Origin: Candidatus Parcubacteria bacterium
GTDB taxonomy: Bacteria; Patescibacteriota; Minisyncoccia; UBA6257; HR35
Assembly: GCA_025999335.1 (NCBI GenBank)
Contig: AP024681.1
Span: 615,610 to 679,609, forward strand
Reading direction: 5' to 3'
Length of the DNA: 64,000 bases
Shown here: positions 29,502 through 39,484 of the stretch, in pieces
Position numbering within the stretch: position 1 is the stretch's first letter
Layout: the number at the start of each line of letters is the position of its first letter
Program-made: the position numbers and the translations under genes
Notes under the pieces: generated by a model
The model's input: only the letters and a program-made list of their open reading frames with translations
The model's database searches: none
Told to the model about the DNA's origin: nothing

Positions 29502-30506
29502 ATGGATAATTTATTAAAAATTAAAATAATAATCTTATTATTTATATTATTATTTTCTTTAGATTACTCACAAGCTAAAAATAATTTTTTAATTTTTAAA
29601 AATATTCATCGCTATTCTTTGTGGCAACCAAGAGATAGTCACAGTGTAGTTGTCTATAAAAATAAAGTTTTTTTATTAGGTGGTTTAAACGGTAATAAAA
29701 ATGTTATCGAGCCTGGTAGTGTTAATTATGAAAAAGCTGAACATTTTAGTGATGTTTGGGTTTCTGAAGATTTAAAAAAATGGAGAAAGATTTTAGACAA
29801 AGCTCCTTGGGGAGGAAGAAGGTCTATGGTTGTTTTAGAATTTAGGGATAAACTTTGGCTTTTTGGCGGTTATGGTCCTAAAATTGGTTTAAAAAATGAT
29901 ATTTGGGTATCTGAAGATGGCATTAACTGGTTATTGGTAAAAAAACAAGCTGAATGGCAACCACGCGAAGGTCATACAGTTACTGAGTTTAATAATAAAT
30001 TATATCTTATTGGTGGCGTAGATTATAAAAATAAAAAAGTTTTTAATGATGTTTGGTTCTCTGACGATGGTCTTCATTGGCAATTAGCAACTGAGAAAGC
30101 TCCTTTTTCGCCGCGATGGGATCATGCTACTGCTGTTTTTGGTAATAAAATTTGGTTAGCCGGAGGCATGAATTTAGAAAGAAGAATATTTAGAGATGTT
30201 TGGTATTCGGAAAATGGTAACGACTGGTTTTTAATTTCAAAACGCGTTCCTTGGGCAGCAAGACAAGGACATAGTTTATTAAGTTTTGGAAATAAATTAT
30301 GGCTTATTGGAATATTAAGTAAAGAAAATGATATTTGGTATTCTTTAGATGGATTGCATTGGTTGAAAAATAAATTTAAAACTGCTTGGTCTGGCAGAGA
30401 AGATTTTGCTTCTATTATTTTTAAAAATAGAATTTGTATATTAGGAGGAATGGATGTATTTTGGCAATGGAAAAATGATATTTGGTGTTCGGAGAATTTA
30501 AAATAA
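29502..30506 (+). CDS. Secreted Kelch-repeat beta-propeller protein
   Basis: Signal peptide; six or more repeats of 'R.GH..V.F..KLWL.GG......NDVW.S.DG..W'. Confidence 0.6.
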   Translation: MDNLLKIKIIILLFILLFSLDYSQAKNNFLIFKNIHRYSLWQPRDSHSVVVYKNKVFLLGGLNGNKNVIEPGSVNYEKAEHFSDVWVSEDLKKWRKILDKAPWGGRRSMVVLEFRDKLWLFGGYGPKIGLKNDIWVSEDGINWLLVKKQAEWQPREGHTVTEFNNKLYLIGGVDYKNKKVFNDVWFSDDGLHWQLATEKAPFSPRWDHATAVFGNKIWLAGGMNLERRIFRDVWYSENGNDWFLISKRVPWAARQGHSLLSFGNKLWLIGILSKENDIWYSLDGLHWLKNKFKTAWSGREDFASIIFKNRICILGGMDVFWQWKNDIWCSENLK

Positions 30507-30692
30507 TCATCACAAACATTACCCAATTAAAGTTTGTTTATGTTGCTAACAGGATATATAAAAAACAATGATTCGTTAAATTATTTTGTTTTTATTTATT
30601 TTTTATAATTGCTATTCAATTACTTATTGAAAAAACATAGGATATTGAGATATTATTATCTAAATTAAATAGTATGATATAATTAGGCTGAT

Positions 30693-30995
30693 ATGAAAAA
30701 ATATTACGGAGTATTTTTTTTAATATTTGCAGTTGTTAGTTTAAATTTTTTGTTGAATTATCGTTTGATTGCTGATTTAATTTTAATTTCTATTATTGAT
30801 CCCGACAATTATGATGTTTTAGGATTTATTTTAGATGATGATAATTTAATTTATCTTGTTTTTATTGTATTTAGTTTCTCTGTAGTTGATTTTATCTTTG
30901 CAAAAAATTATTTTAGTAAATTATTTATTAAAACTACTTTTCGTCAACAAGATAGTTTTTTAGGCAACCTATACATTCGTTCGCCTCCTTTTTAA
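30693..30995 (+). CDS. Hypothetical small membrane protein
   Basis: ORF only. Confidence 0.2.
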   Translation: MKKYYGVFFLIFAVVSLNFLLNYRLIADLILISIIDPDNYDVLGFILDDDNLIYLVFIVFSFSVVDFIFAKNYFSKLFIKTTFRQQDSFLGNLYIRSPPF

Positions 30996-31057
30996 TAATA
31001 TAGTTAGCAATAAAAATCTAATATTAGTTGGTCAATATTTAAAAGTTATAAACTAAG

Positions 31058-31417
31058 ATGAAAAAATATTTTATTTTTGGACTTTTAGCTATTATTTTAG
31101 GTTCACAATTAATTTTTGCTAAAAGTTTAACATCAACAAAAATGAAACCAAACTACAATGCTTGCGTTAATTCAAAGATAAAACAGTTAACAAAAGAAAT
31201 GACAAAGAAAAAACAAGATGCTTGGACTGAATTTAAAACAGCTAACAAAAAGGCAACTACTAGTCAAGCTAGAAGAGAAATTGAAAAAAATTATAATCAA
31301 AAAATTGTTGATATCAAAAGATGGTATAACCAAGAATTGAAGAATGTTAAAACAGAATGCAAAAGTTTACAGTCTTCGACTTCAACTTTAACAACAACAA
31401 CTTCTAGTCAACAATAA
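31058..31417 (+). CDS. Secreted hypothetical protein; paralog of the N-terminal domain of 31581..32405
   Basis: Signal peptide; 'YNACVNSKIKQLTKEM...NQELKNVKTECKSL' aligns with 'YNACVGRQVKELRKEM...NQELRRIQQECRQL' in the next gene. Confidence 0.4.
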   Translation: MKKYFIFGLLAIILGSQLIFAKSLTSTKMKPNYNACVNSKIKQLTKEMTKKKQDAWTEFKTANKKATTSQARREIEKNYNQKIVDIKRWYNQELKNVKTECKSLQSSTSTLTTTTSSQQ

Positions 31418-31451
31418 GGTAAATAATTTAATTATAGTTTTCAAAGGTCGA

Positions 31452-31481
31452 GCCAGCGCCTTAAAAAGCGCTGGTTTTTAT
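31452..31481 (+). terminator. Rho-independent terminator
   Basis: GCCAGCGC-cttaaaaa-GCGCTGG followed by TTTTTAT. Confidence 0.5.
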
Positions 31482-31580
31482 AATTTATATATTTTTGTTA
31501 TAATTTAAAAAACAAATAATAATCAATATATAAAAATTAATTTTTAAGGTCATTATTAATAAATAATATCTTTATAAAAA

Positions 31581-32405
31581 ATGAAAAAATATTTAACTTT
31601 TTTTATTTTGATAATCGTTTTTGTAGTCGGTCAATTAACTTTTGCTCAAAATTCAATCGAAGCAAGACGACGCCAAGTAATTAGAGATTTAGAAGGTAAT
31701 GTTATGGTTTCAACAACAACACCAACAACTACTAGAAAAGTTATGCACGATTCTGCTATGACTGCTATTCGCAATTTTAAACGCGAAGGAAAAACAGATT
31801 ATAATGCTTGTGTTGGTAGACAAGTTAAAGAATTAAGAAAAGAAATGAGAGCTAAGAGAAGAGAAGCTTCTAACGAATTTAACACAGAGTTCAAAGCAGC
31901 AACGACTGTTGAAGCAAAAAGAGAGGCGCGAATAAAACATAACCAAGCGATGAGAGAAATTCGTAGATTGTTTAATCAAGAATTAAGAAGAATTCAGCAA
32001 GAATGTCGACAACTAAACATTCCTCAACCTTCAACATCAACTTCATCGATTCCACCAACGACTTCAACTTCAACATCAAGGCAATCTCCTTCAGAGATTA
32101 CAATAAAAATTACTAATTCAGGTTTTGAACCAAAAGAGGTTACTATAAGTAGAGGGACTAAGGTTACCTGGATTAACGAATCCGACAATTCTTCTTGGCC
32201 TGCATCAGCTGTTCATCCCACTCATAAAGTTTATCCTGGTTCTGGCATCGAAAAATGCGGTACGCCTGAACAAGTAAATATTTTTGATGCTTGCAAATCT
32301 TTAAGCAAAGGTGAAAGTTGGAGTTTTGTTTTTAATGAAATTGGCGAATGGTATTATCATGATCATGTTAATCCTTCTTTAAAAGGTGAAATCAATGTTG
32401 AATAA
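31581..32405 (+). CDS. Secreted protein with a Ser/Thr-rich linker and a C-terminal cupredoxin-like beta-sandwich domain (tentative)
   Basis: 'ITIKITNSGFEPKEVTISRGTKVTWINESD...H..H...C...YYHDH' resembles plastocyanin/EfeO-type cupredoxin folds; the ligand set is not canonical. Confidence 0.35.
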   Translation: MKKYLTFFILIIVFVVGQLTFAQNSIEARRRQVIRDLEGNVMVSTTTPTTTRKVMHDSAMTAIRNFKREGKTDYNACVGRQVKELRKEMRAKRREASNEFNTEFKAATTVEAKREARIKHNQAMREIRRLFNQELRRIQQECRQLNIPQPSTSTSSIPPTTSTSTSRQSPSEITIKITNSGFEPKEVTISRGTKVTWINESDNSSWPASAVHPTHKVYPGSGIEKCGTPEQVNIFDACKSLSKGESWSFVFNEIGEWYYHDHVNPSLKGEINVE

Positions 32406-32564
32406 ACTTAATTTCTAAAAAAATTTTAGCAAAATTTAATTTTCTTTATCTTAATCAGCAATCTTTTTGAATCTATTAGATTTTTTTGTTTTGTTGTTTT
32501 AATAATTTAGTTTTTTTAATATTAATTTTCTGTTAAAATTATAAATAAGTAAATAATAAATATT

Positions 32565-33131
32565 ATGTTGTTAATAACGCTAATTTTTGTATGGATAATT
32601 TTAATTTTAGCATTTCTCTTATTTGTTTATTTATTTTTACACTTATTTGTAGAATTATTTTTTACATTATTTAAAAAATATGCTCCTTTTGTGCCAACGG
32701 TAACACTTATCTATCGTCAAGAATTTGAAGAGCTTTTTAAGTTTCTTGAAAGTCTTAATTTAGAAAATAAGAAATTTGTTGATCTTGGTTCTGGCGATGG
32801 CGTAGTGGTTAAAAAATTTGCAGAGAAAGGTTATCCGAGTTATGGCATTGAAGGCAACCCTTTTTTATTTTTTTTAAGCAAACTAGGAATAAAAAATAAA
32901 AATGCCTTTTTTATCAGAAGTGATTTTTTTAAAGAAGATTTGCGAAATTTCGGAATTGTATATGTTTATCAATTAACATCAATTAATCAAAAATTATTAC
33001 CTAAACTACAAGAGGAACTTAAAAGCGGATCAATTATTATTGCTCATAAATTTCCATTTTTTGAATCTGAACAAATTAAATTAATTAAAAAAATTAATGG
33101 CAATACATTATTAATTTACCAAAAATTATGA
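32565..33131 (+). CDS. Small class I SAM-dependent methyltransferase (membrane-anchored)
   Basis: Motif I 'FVDLGSGDGVVVKKFAEKGYPSYGIEGNP'. Confidence 0.5.
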   Translation: MLLITLIFVWIILILAFLLFVYLFLHLFVELFFTLFKKYAPFVPTVTLIYRQEFEELFKFLESLNLENKKFVDLGSGDGVVVKKFAEKGYPSYGIEGNPFLFFLSKLGIKNKNAFFIRSDFFKEDLRNFGIVYVYQLTSINQKLLPKLQEELKSGSIIIAHKFPFFESEQIKLIKKINGNTLLIYQKL

Positions 33132-33265
33132 AAATCTATTTTTTATTTATTTGTAGTTATTGATTAATGATTTTATTTAAATTTATTAAAGATTTTGTTT
33201 TAATTTAAAATAAATTTAAATAAAAAAAGGTCGCATTTAAATTACTTAATATTGCAATAGAAATA

Positions 33266-33793
33266 ATGGAAAATAAAAATTTAAATATTTCTTTAGGTCT
33301 TTTAAGACTTTCTTTGGGATGGATATTTTTATGGGCATTTTTTGATAAACTTTTAGGTTTAGGATTTAGTACTTGTCGTGATACTCAAACAGGAATTGTG
33401 AATTATTTTTGCAATCAAGCATGGTTATATGGAGGATCGCCAACATTTGGTTTTCTAAAATTTGCTACCAAAGGTCCATTTCAAGCAATCTTTCAAGGTT
33501 TAGCAGGGAATCCGATTGTTGATTGGTTATTTATGTTAGGTCTTTTAGGTATTGGTTTGGGACTTATGTTGGGAATTTTTATGAGATTATCAACATTTTT
33601 TGCCGGTATTTTGCTTGGTTTAATGTATTTAGCAGCTTCTATCTTGCCAGAACATAATCCATTTATTGACGAACATATTATTTATATTATTGTTATGGCT
33701 GTTTTGTGTTTGTCTAATTCAGGAAGATATTTAGGTTTTGGTAATTTTTGGGAAAAAACGAGTTTTGTTCAAAAGTATCCTATTTTAAAGTAA
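33266..33793 (+). CDS. DoxX-family membrane protein
   Basis: 'LGLLRLSLGWIFLWAFFDKLLG' DoxX-type first helix; 4 TM. Confidence 0.5.
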   Translation: MENKNLNISLGLLRLSLGWIFLWAFFDKLLGLGFSTCRDTQTGIVNYFCNQAWLYGGSPTFGFLKFATKGPFQAIFQGLAGNPIVDWLFMLGLLGIGLGLMLGIFMRLSTFFAGILLGLMYLAASILPEHNPFIDEHIIYIIVMAVLCLSNSGRYLGFGNFWEKTSFVQKYPILK

Positions 33794-33844
33794 AAATATT
33801 CATATATACCCTCCCCAAGTATTTTTATGGTATAATTTTATATA

Positions 33845-34111
33845 ATGGATGAAAAGATTAAAAAGAAAGCTTTAAGAAGGTTAAATATTGCGAAAGGACA
33901 AATTGATGGTTTAAAAAAAATGATTGAGAAAGAAAAATATTGTATTGATATTTTAATTCAATCAATGGCAATCAAGCAAGCTTTATCTGGCATTGAAGAT
34001 TTAATTTTGGAAAATCATTTTAGAATTCATGCGCCAAAGCAATTTAGAAATAAAAAAGAGGTCGCTATTAAAGAATTATTAAGAATTTATAAATTAGCAA
34101 AAAGAAAATAA
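33845..34111 (+). CDS. csoR: CsoR/RcnR-family metal-sensing transcriptional repressor (DUF156)
   Basis: 'LRRLNIAKGQIDGLKKMIEKEKYCIDILIQSMAIKQALSGIEDLILENHFRIH' has the conserved Cys and His of the Cu-sensing W-X-Y-Z motif. Confidence 0.7.
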   Translation: MDEKIKKKALRRLNIAKGQIDGLKKMIEKEKYCIDILIQSMAIKQALSGIEDLILENHFRIHAPKQFRNKKEVAIKELLRIYKLAKRK

Positions 34112-34258
34112 TCTAACCCGAATAGTAATTTGCCAAATGTAAATTTAATACATTCAATCTTAATTGAGTAGTTAATTCGTTAATAATTTAGATTATTCAT
34201 TAAGAAGTTAATTATTCGGGTAGTTAATTTGGTCATAATTCAGATATAAAATAATATT

Positions 34259-34867
34259 ATGAAAAAAATTTTTATTTTATTTATTCTACTTTCGGTAAGT
34301 TCATTTGTTTTAGCTCACAGTGAAGATGCGGAGTTAAATAATGAACTTCAAAAGGGTAGGGAATTGATAGAGAAATTACAAAGAGGAGAAATTACTTGCC
34401 AAAACTTGACTAATAAAGATTTTCATTCAATTGGTGAGTATGTTATGGAACAAATGGTTGGCGGCAGCGATCATTTGTCAATGAATCAAATAATGGAGAA
34501 AATGCACGGTAAGAATGCAGAAGAGTTAATGCACATTAATATGGGTAAACGTTTTAGTGGATGTATTGATAATACTACCTTAGAACCAACAAAATTATTA
34601 TTAGCAACATCAGTTAGAAATTCTGAGACAATGGGGCGAGGGATGATGAATCAAGATAGAGTAGGATATAATATGATGGGACCAGGTATGATGAATTATA
34701 TTAATTGGATGTCTCAACCTGTTTCTGGTTTTTATGGAGTTTTATTTAGTATTTTAGGTATTATTTGGTTATTACTTATGTTAACCTTGCCTATTTTGAT
34801 TTTATTTTTGTTGATTTTATCGATTGTATATCTTATTAAAAAAATAAGAGCCGAAATAAAAAAATAA
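34259..34867 (+). CDS. Secreted His/Met-rich protein with a C-terminal membrane anchor; putative periplasmic copper-binding protein
   Basis: Signal peptide; 'MGRGMMNQDRVGYNMMGPGMMNY' MxxM-type Met-rich stretch; C-terminal TM. Confidence 0.4.
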   Translation: MKKIFILFILLSVSSFVLAHSEDAELNNELQKGRELIEKLQRGEITCQNLTNKDFHSIGEYVMEQMVGGSDHLSMNQIMEKMHGKNAEELMHINMGKRFSGCIDNTTLEPTKLLLATSVRNSETMGRGMMNQDRVGYNMMGPGMMNYINWMSQPVSGFYGVLFSILGIIWLLLMLTLPILILFLLILSIVYLIKKIRAEIKK

Positions 34868-34945
34868 CAATTTTAATATTAAGATCGACATAAACTCTAT
34901 AAAATTTATTTTGAAATTTTTATATAAATAAAACTTATATAAATA

Positions 34946-36037
34946 ATGGTTAAATTAATTCAAAAAGAAAATCAGAATTATTATGAATGCGAAGAATGTC
35001 ATTATGCTTATGGAACCGAAGAATTGGCACAAAAGTGTGAAAATTGGTGTAAAACAACTAGAAGTTGCAATCTTGAAATAATAAAATACGGCAAGAAATT
35101 TGAAATAGATCCAGAAACAGCTATTAAAAATGAAAAAACCATAGGATCAACCATCATTAGTGGTTTATTAGGAGTTTTTGTAGGTGGATTTTTGGTTTTT
35201 ATATTTTCGAAATTTAATTATATAAATGGTAACTTAATGGCGAATAAAGTTAATGTTGAAAACATAATCCAAGCAATCGTAGCTCAAGTTTTACCCAAAG
35301 AAGGTTTTCAAACAAGATTAGCTTTTGGTAATAGCGTACAAAAAATGATTGATTGTAAAGTGATTGACATAGAAAAACTTAAAAAGTTATACAATGGCAA
35401 CATTCCAGAATATATTCAAAAAGCAATTGATGGAAATAATGAGCCTATAGTTATCAATAACGAAACAGCTAATTATCTTTTAACTCTATTTTGGCCCTTA
35501 GGTCTTTCGAATAAAACCGAGTTTAACGAGAATATTCCCTTTAGTAAGAAAGATTTACCTTATTTAGCGTCTACAGGTGGTTGGTGGTTAGGAGAAAAGA
35601 ATAACGGAGTAGAATATTTTAATAAATGTGAAATTATAAAATTAACTCCTGAACAAGAATCTATTGTTTATGAAGTAGCTCAAAATACTTATAGACCTTG
35701 TTGTAATAATTCAACTTTTGCGCAGGATTGTAATCATGGTTCAGCTTTACTTGGTGCTTTAGAATTGGCTGCTTCTCAAGGTTATTCCAAAGATGAACTT
35801 TATAAATTAGCTTTGCAACTTAATTCTTTTTGGTTTCCTGATAATTATGTCAAGATTGCTTTGTATAAAAAATTAGTTGAAAATCAAGACTGGCAAAATA
35901 TTAATCCTAAAGAAATAATGTCAATAAAATATTCATCAATTTCTGGTTATTTACAAAATGTCGAAAAAAAATTAGCTCAACTTAACCTGCCTGGCATTCA
36001 AACTCAAGGCGCAGGTTGTGGTTTGCAAAATGAATAA
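34946..36037 (+). CDS. Hypothetical protein with an N-terminal Cys4 zinc ribbon and one TM
   Basis: 'YECEECHYAY...CENWC'; TM at about 70-90; Cys-containing periplasmic domain. Confidence 0.35.
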   Translation: MVKLIQKENQNYYECEECHYAYGTEELAQKCENWCKTTRSCNLEIIKYGKKFEIDPETAIKNEKTIGSTIISGLLGVFVGGFLVFIFSKFNYINGNLMANKVNVENIIQAIVAQVLPKEGFQTRLAFGNSVQKMIDCKVIDIEKLKKLYNGNIPEYIQKAIDGNNEPIVINNETANYLLTLFWPLGLSNKTEFNENIPFSKKDLPYLASTGGWWLGEKNNGVEYFNKCEIIKLTPEQESIVYEVAQNTYRPCCNNSTFAQDCNHGSALLGALELAASQGYSKDELYKLALQLNSFWFPDNYVKIALYKKLVENQDWQNINPKEIMSIKYSSISGYLQNVEKKLAQLNLPGIQTQGAGCGLQNE

Positions 36038-36509
36038 AAGTTTAATTTTGGGAATAGTTATTGGAGTGATTTTTTTTAGCGCAATTTATTTTTTTAATAA
36101 ACAACCGTTGACTCAAAAAAATCCTTTGTTTTCCGAGCTTCAAGCAGTTGTTTACAAAACTCCAACTTGTGGATGTTGCAAGGAATATATTAACTATTTA
36201 AAAGCTAATGGCTTTTCGGTTGAGGTGAGAGAGGTTAGCGATGAAGAATTAGAAAATGTCAAAAAACAAAATCAAATTCCAGCAGATTTATGGTCCTGCC
36301 ACACTGTTTTTCTCAATAATTATTTCGTTGAAGGACATATGCCAGTTGAAGCAATTAGCAAACTTTTAACTGAAAAACCAAATATTAACGGAATTGCTTT
36401 ACCGAAAATGCCTTCTGGTTCTCCAGGAATGCCCGGCATTAAACTCTATCCATTTAAAATTTATTCAGTAAAAGACGGTAAAGATTTGGGATTATTTATG
36501 GAGATATAA
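36018..36509 (+). CDS. DUF411 (CopG-like) metal-binding protein
   Basis: 'TPTCGCCKEY' CxCC motif and 'WSCHTVF', 'GHMP' are typical of DUF411 proteins found in copper-resistance operons. Confidence 0.6.
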   Translation: MVCKMNKSLILGIVIGVIFFSAIYFFNKQPLTQKNPLFSELQAVVYKTPTCGCCKEYINYLKANGFSVEVREVSDEELENVKKQNQIPADLWSCHTVFLNNYFVEGHMPVEAISKLLTEKPNINGIALPKMPSGSPGMPGIKLYPFKIYSVKDGKDLGLFMEI

Positions 36510-36524
36510 ATTTAAAATTTTCTA

Positions 36525-38132
36525 ATGATTAAGAAATATTTGCTTATTATTTTTATTATAGTTTTATTATTTTTTGTTAGTTATTTTATTTTTGTAAATA
36601 AAAATTTTGTAAATCAATATATTGAAAATAGTAATAATAACAACATTAAAAATCAAATTCAAACTATTTCAAATATTAATCATCCAAAGATTGTTGAATT
36701 ACAAAATGGAGACTCTTATGATTTAAATATTGATTTTGTAAATCATAATATAAATGGAAAAACTTATCGTATGTTAGCTTATAATGGCAGCATACCTGGG
36801 CCTATCATAAAAGTAAAACAGGGAAGTGAAATCACATTAAAAGTGAAAAACAATACTAATTTTTCTACTCTTTTGCATTCTCATGGTGTTAGATTAGAAA
36901 ACCAATTTGACGGAACACATCTTGTCCAAAAAGAAATTAATCCCGGAGAAACTTTTGCTTATAAAATTAAATTTCCCGATTTTGGTTTTTATTGGTATCA
37001 TCCTCATTTAAGAGAAGATTTGCAACAAGAATTAGGTCTTTATGGAGGTTTTTTGGTTATTCCTTCTAATAATGATTATTGGTTAAAAATAAATAAAGAA
37101 GAGTTTTTATTTTTAGATGATATTTTAATTGAAAATAACAATCTTGTTTTGAATTATGAAAACGCTGATCATACTTTAATGGGAAAATTTGGCAATATTA
37201 TGCTTACTAATGGACAAACATATTATTCTTTAAAAGTTAACAAAGGTGAAGTTATAAGATTTTATATTGTTAACACAGCCAATGTTCGTCCTTTTAATTT
37301 TTCTATTGAAAATACGAAATTAAAATTAATTGGTTCAGATAATGGTTTATACGAGAAGGCACGTTGGGTAGATTCGGTTTTAATTGCGCCTTCAGAAAGA
37401 TATATTGTTGAAGCACTATTTGACAAAGAAGGTAAATTTAAGATTCAAAATAAAACCCCAAATAAGAGTTATGATTTAGGCGAAATTATAGTAGAATCAA
37501 GTTTTACAGATATCTCTTATGCTAATTTTTTTAATAAATTTACGGATTATGAAAAAACAACCAAAGATATAGTGAATTTAAAACAATATTTAGCAAAAAA
37601 ACCTGACAAAGAAATATGGCTTGCAATGAATATGGGTATGATGATGAACAACGAATCTATGGGTATGATGATGACTATGATGAATAATAATATGAACCAT
37701 AATAATCATAATAATAGTATGATGCAAGCAGCAGACAATATAGAATGGGAAGACAGAAATCCATCAATGAATAAAATATCAAATATAAAGAATATTCAAT
37801 GGAAAATTATTGATAAAGAAAATGGTTTAGAAAATATGGATATTCAATGGAAATTTAAAAAAGGTGATTTAGTGAAAATTAGAATTTTTAATGACCCAAA
37901 TTCTATGCATTCAATGCAACACCCTATTCATATTCATGGACAAAGATTTTTAGTTTTAGCTCGTAATGGCGTACAAGAGAATAATTTTGCTTGGAAAGAT
38001 ACGGTTTTAGTGAAAACAGGAGAAACAGTTGATATTTTAGTTGACTTTTCTAATCAAGGTAAGTGGTTAATACATTGTCATATTCCAGAACATATGGAAG
38101 CAGGAATGATGATGCAATTTGAAGTAGAATAA
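36525..38132 (+). CDS. Multicopper oxidase (CueO/CopA-like) with a Met-rich insert
   Basis: Copper-ligand motifs 'HSHGVRL', 'WYHPHLRED', 'HPIHIHGQRF', 'HCHIPEHMEAGMM'; Met-rich 'MNMGMMMNNESMGMMMTMM'. Confidence 0.85.
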   Translation: MIKKYLLIIFIIVLLFFVSYFIFVNKNFVNQYIENSNNNNIKNQIQTISNINHPKIVELQNGDSYDLNIDFVNHNINGKTYRMLAYNGSIPGPIIKVKQGSEITLKVKNNTNFSTLLHSHGVRLENQFDGTHLVQKEINPGETFAYKIKFPDFGFYWYHPHLREDLQQELGLYGGFLVIPSNNDYWLKINKEEFLFLDDILIENNNLVLNYENADHTLMGKFGNIMLTNGQTYYSLKVNKGEVIRFYIVNTANVRPFNFSIENTKLKLIGSDNGLYEKARWVDSVLIAPSERYIVEALFDKEGKFKIQNKTPNKSYDLGEIIVESSFTDISYANFFNKFTDYEKTTKDIVNLKQYLAKKPDKEIWLAMNMGMMMNNESMGMMMTMMNNNMNHNNHNNSMMQAADNIEWEDRNPSMNKISNIKNIQWKIIDKENGLENMDIQWKFKKGDLVKIRIFNDPNSMHSMQHPIHIHGQRFLVLARNGVQENNFAWKDTVLVKTGETVDILVDFSNQGKWLIHCHIPEHMEAGMMMQFEVE

Positions 38133-38199
38133 AATTAAAATTTTATTAGTTTTGTTTAAGGAATAATTTATTAATATTAAATTGTAAAATAATATTTAA

Positions 38200-38829
38200 A
38201 TGATCGGATATAAACTGCTAAAGTTATTCAGCATTGTTTTTGTTTTAGTGCCTATTGTTATTATTTTTGCTCATTGTCCGTTGTGTACTGCTGGAGCTGG
38301 AATAGGCGCTTTAATTGCTAAAGAATTAGGAATGAAATCTTCGGCGATTGGGGTTTGGATGGGCGCTTTTAGTGTGGCTTTGGGATGGTGGTTGGGAAAT
38401 GTGGTTATGAAGCGTGCCGCGCGTTTCATCCCCAGAAGCCACCCGTCTGCTGAACAGGCAGGCATAGCCCTCGGCTCGGCATTCGCCGATCGTCTCCGCC
38501 GGAATGAACCGCGTTGGCACGCTTTTCTATTAGTTTCATTAATATTACTATCTTTTCTATCGATTATCTTGCCTCTAAAGCTTTATTTTTATGAAATTGG
38601 ATCTTTTTCAATTTTTTGGTTTGGAGATTATGGAAGTTTGTTTAATCGTACTTATGTTTATGATCAATTTTTACTGGGTTCAATTATTGGAGGATTGATG
38701 ATTATAATTTCAACTTTTATTAGCAAAAAAATCATTCAATTACGTCAAAATAAAATTTTTCCTTATCAAGGTCTTATAATTACTTTTATTTTATTGATAA
38801 TTATTACTATTTTCTTTCAATTTAAATAA
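38200..38829 (+). CDS. Hypothetical membrane protein containing a GC-rich in-frame insertion
   Basis: TM helices; 'HCPLCTAGAG' near the N-terminus. Confidence 0.4.
   Translation: MIGYKLLKLFSIVFVLVPIVIIFAHCPLCTAGAGIGALIAKELGMKSSAIGVWMGAFSVALGWWLGNVVMKRAARFIPRSHPSAEQAGIALGSAFADRLRRNEPRWHAFLLVSLILLSFLSIILPLKLYFYEIGSFSIFWFGDYGSLFNRTYVYDQFLLGSIIGGLMIIISTFISKKIIQLRQNKIFPYQGLIITFILLIIITIFFQFK
38409..38524. repeat. About 115-nt GC-rich (roughly 60% GC) segment with imperfect terminal inverted repeats, inserted in-frame
   Basis: gaaGCGTGCCGCGCG...CGCGTTGGCACGC termini; GC content roughly double the surroundings; encodes KRAARFIPRSHPSAEQAGIALGSAFADRLRRNEPRWHA. Confidence 0.4.
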
Positions 38830-39362
38830 TGGATGAATTAAATAAAAATATTAACGAACAACAAATAGGTAAACATGAAAGCTATGCGCTTAAAAAACAA
38901 CGCAAAGAGGAAGAACGAAGAAAACGACAGCGCAAAAAAATTATAAAAAAAATAATAAATGTTGCATTGATTGTTATTATTATTAGTGCTGGAATTTTTG
39001 GTTTAATTTGGCTTAAATTGAACAGTCCTAATTTACCTCCAACCTCATTAGAAGGTCATATTGAGGAATCTCCGCCGGGGCATATTTTATCTGAGCCAAT
39101 GCCCGAAGTTATTCAAAAACATATGCTTGAACATGCCGATGGCAAGGGCAAGCCAGGTGTTATTATTCAATATAATTGTCAAAAATATGTTTGCGAACCA
39201 GATTTAATACAAAAACTAACTGAGTTAGTAAAACAATATCCAGAAAATGTTTATCTTGCTCCAAATAATTACGATGGAAAAATAATTTTAACTAAACTTG
39301 GCAAAATTCAGATTTTAGATGTCTTTGATGAACAAAAAATTAGAAAATTCATTGAGGAATGA
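38829..39362 (+). CDS. Hypothetical membrane-anchored protein (Lys/Arg-rich N-terminus, one TM)
   Basis: ORF; start overlaps the upstream stop (ATGA). Confidence 0.35.
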   Translation: MDELNKNINEQQIGKHESYALKKQRKEEERRKRQRKKIIKKIINVALIVIIISAGIFGLIWLKLNSPNLPPTSLEGHIEESPPGHILSEPMPEVIQKHMLEHADGKGKPGVIIQYNCQKYVCEPDLIQKLTELVKQYPENVYLAPNNYDGKIILTKLGKIQILDVFDEQKIRKFIEE

Positions 39363-39484
39363 TTAAATATCTAAATACATCAACTTAATAAAACAAGTAA
39401 TAAAAAATAATTTTTAAATAATATACTCAGAAAAATATTATAATTTATATAGAAATGGATGAGAATTATTTACCTTAAAACCCA

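Noticed and set aside
30122-30526. 134-aa - strand ORF
   Set aside because: Antisense within the Kelch-repeat gene.
38271-38520. Two - strand 64-aa ORFs
   Set aside because: They exist only because the GC-rich insertion lacks stop codons; they are antisense to the + strand membrane-protein gene.
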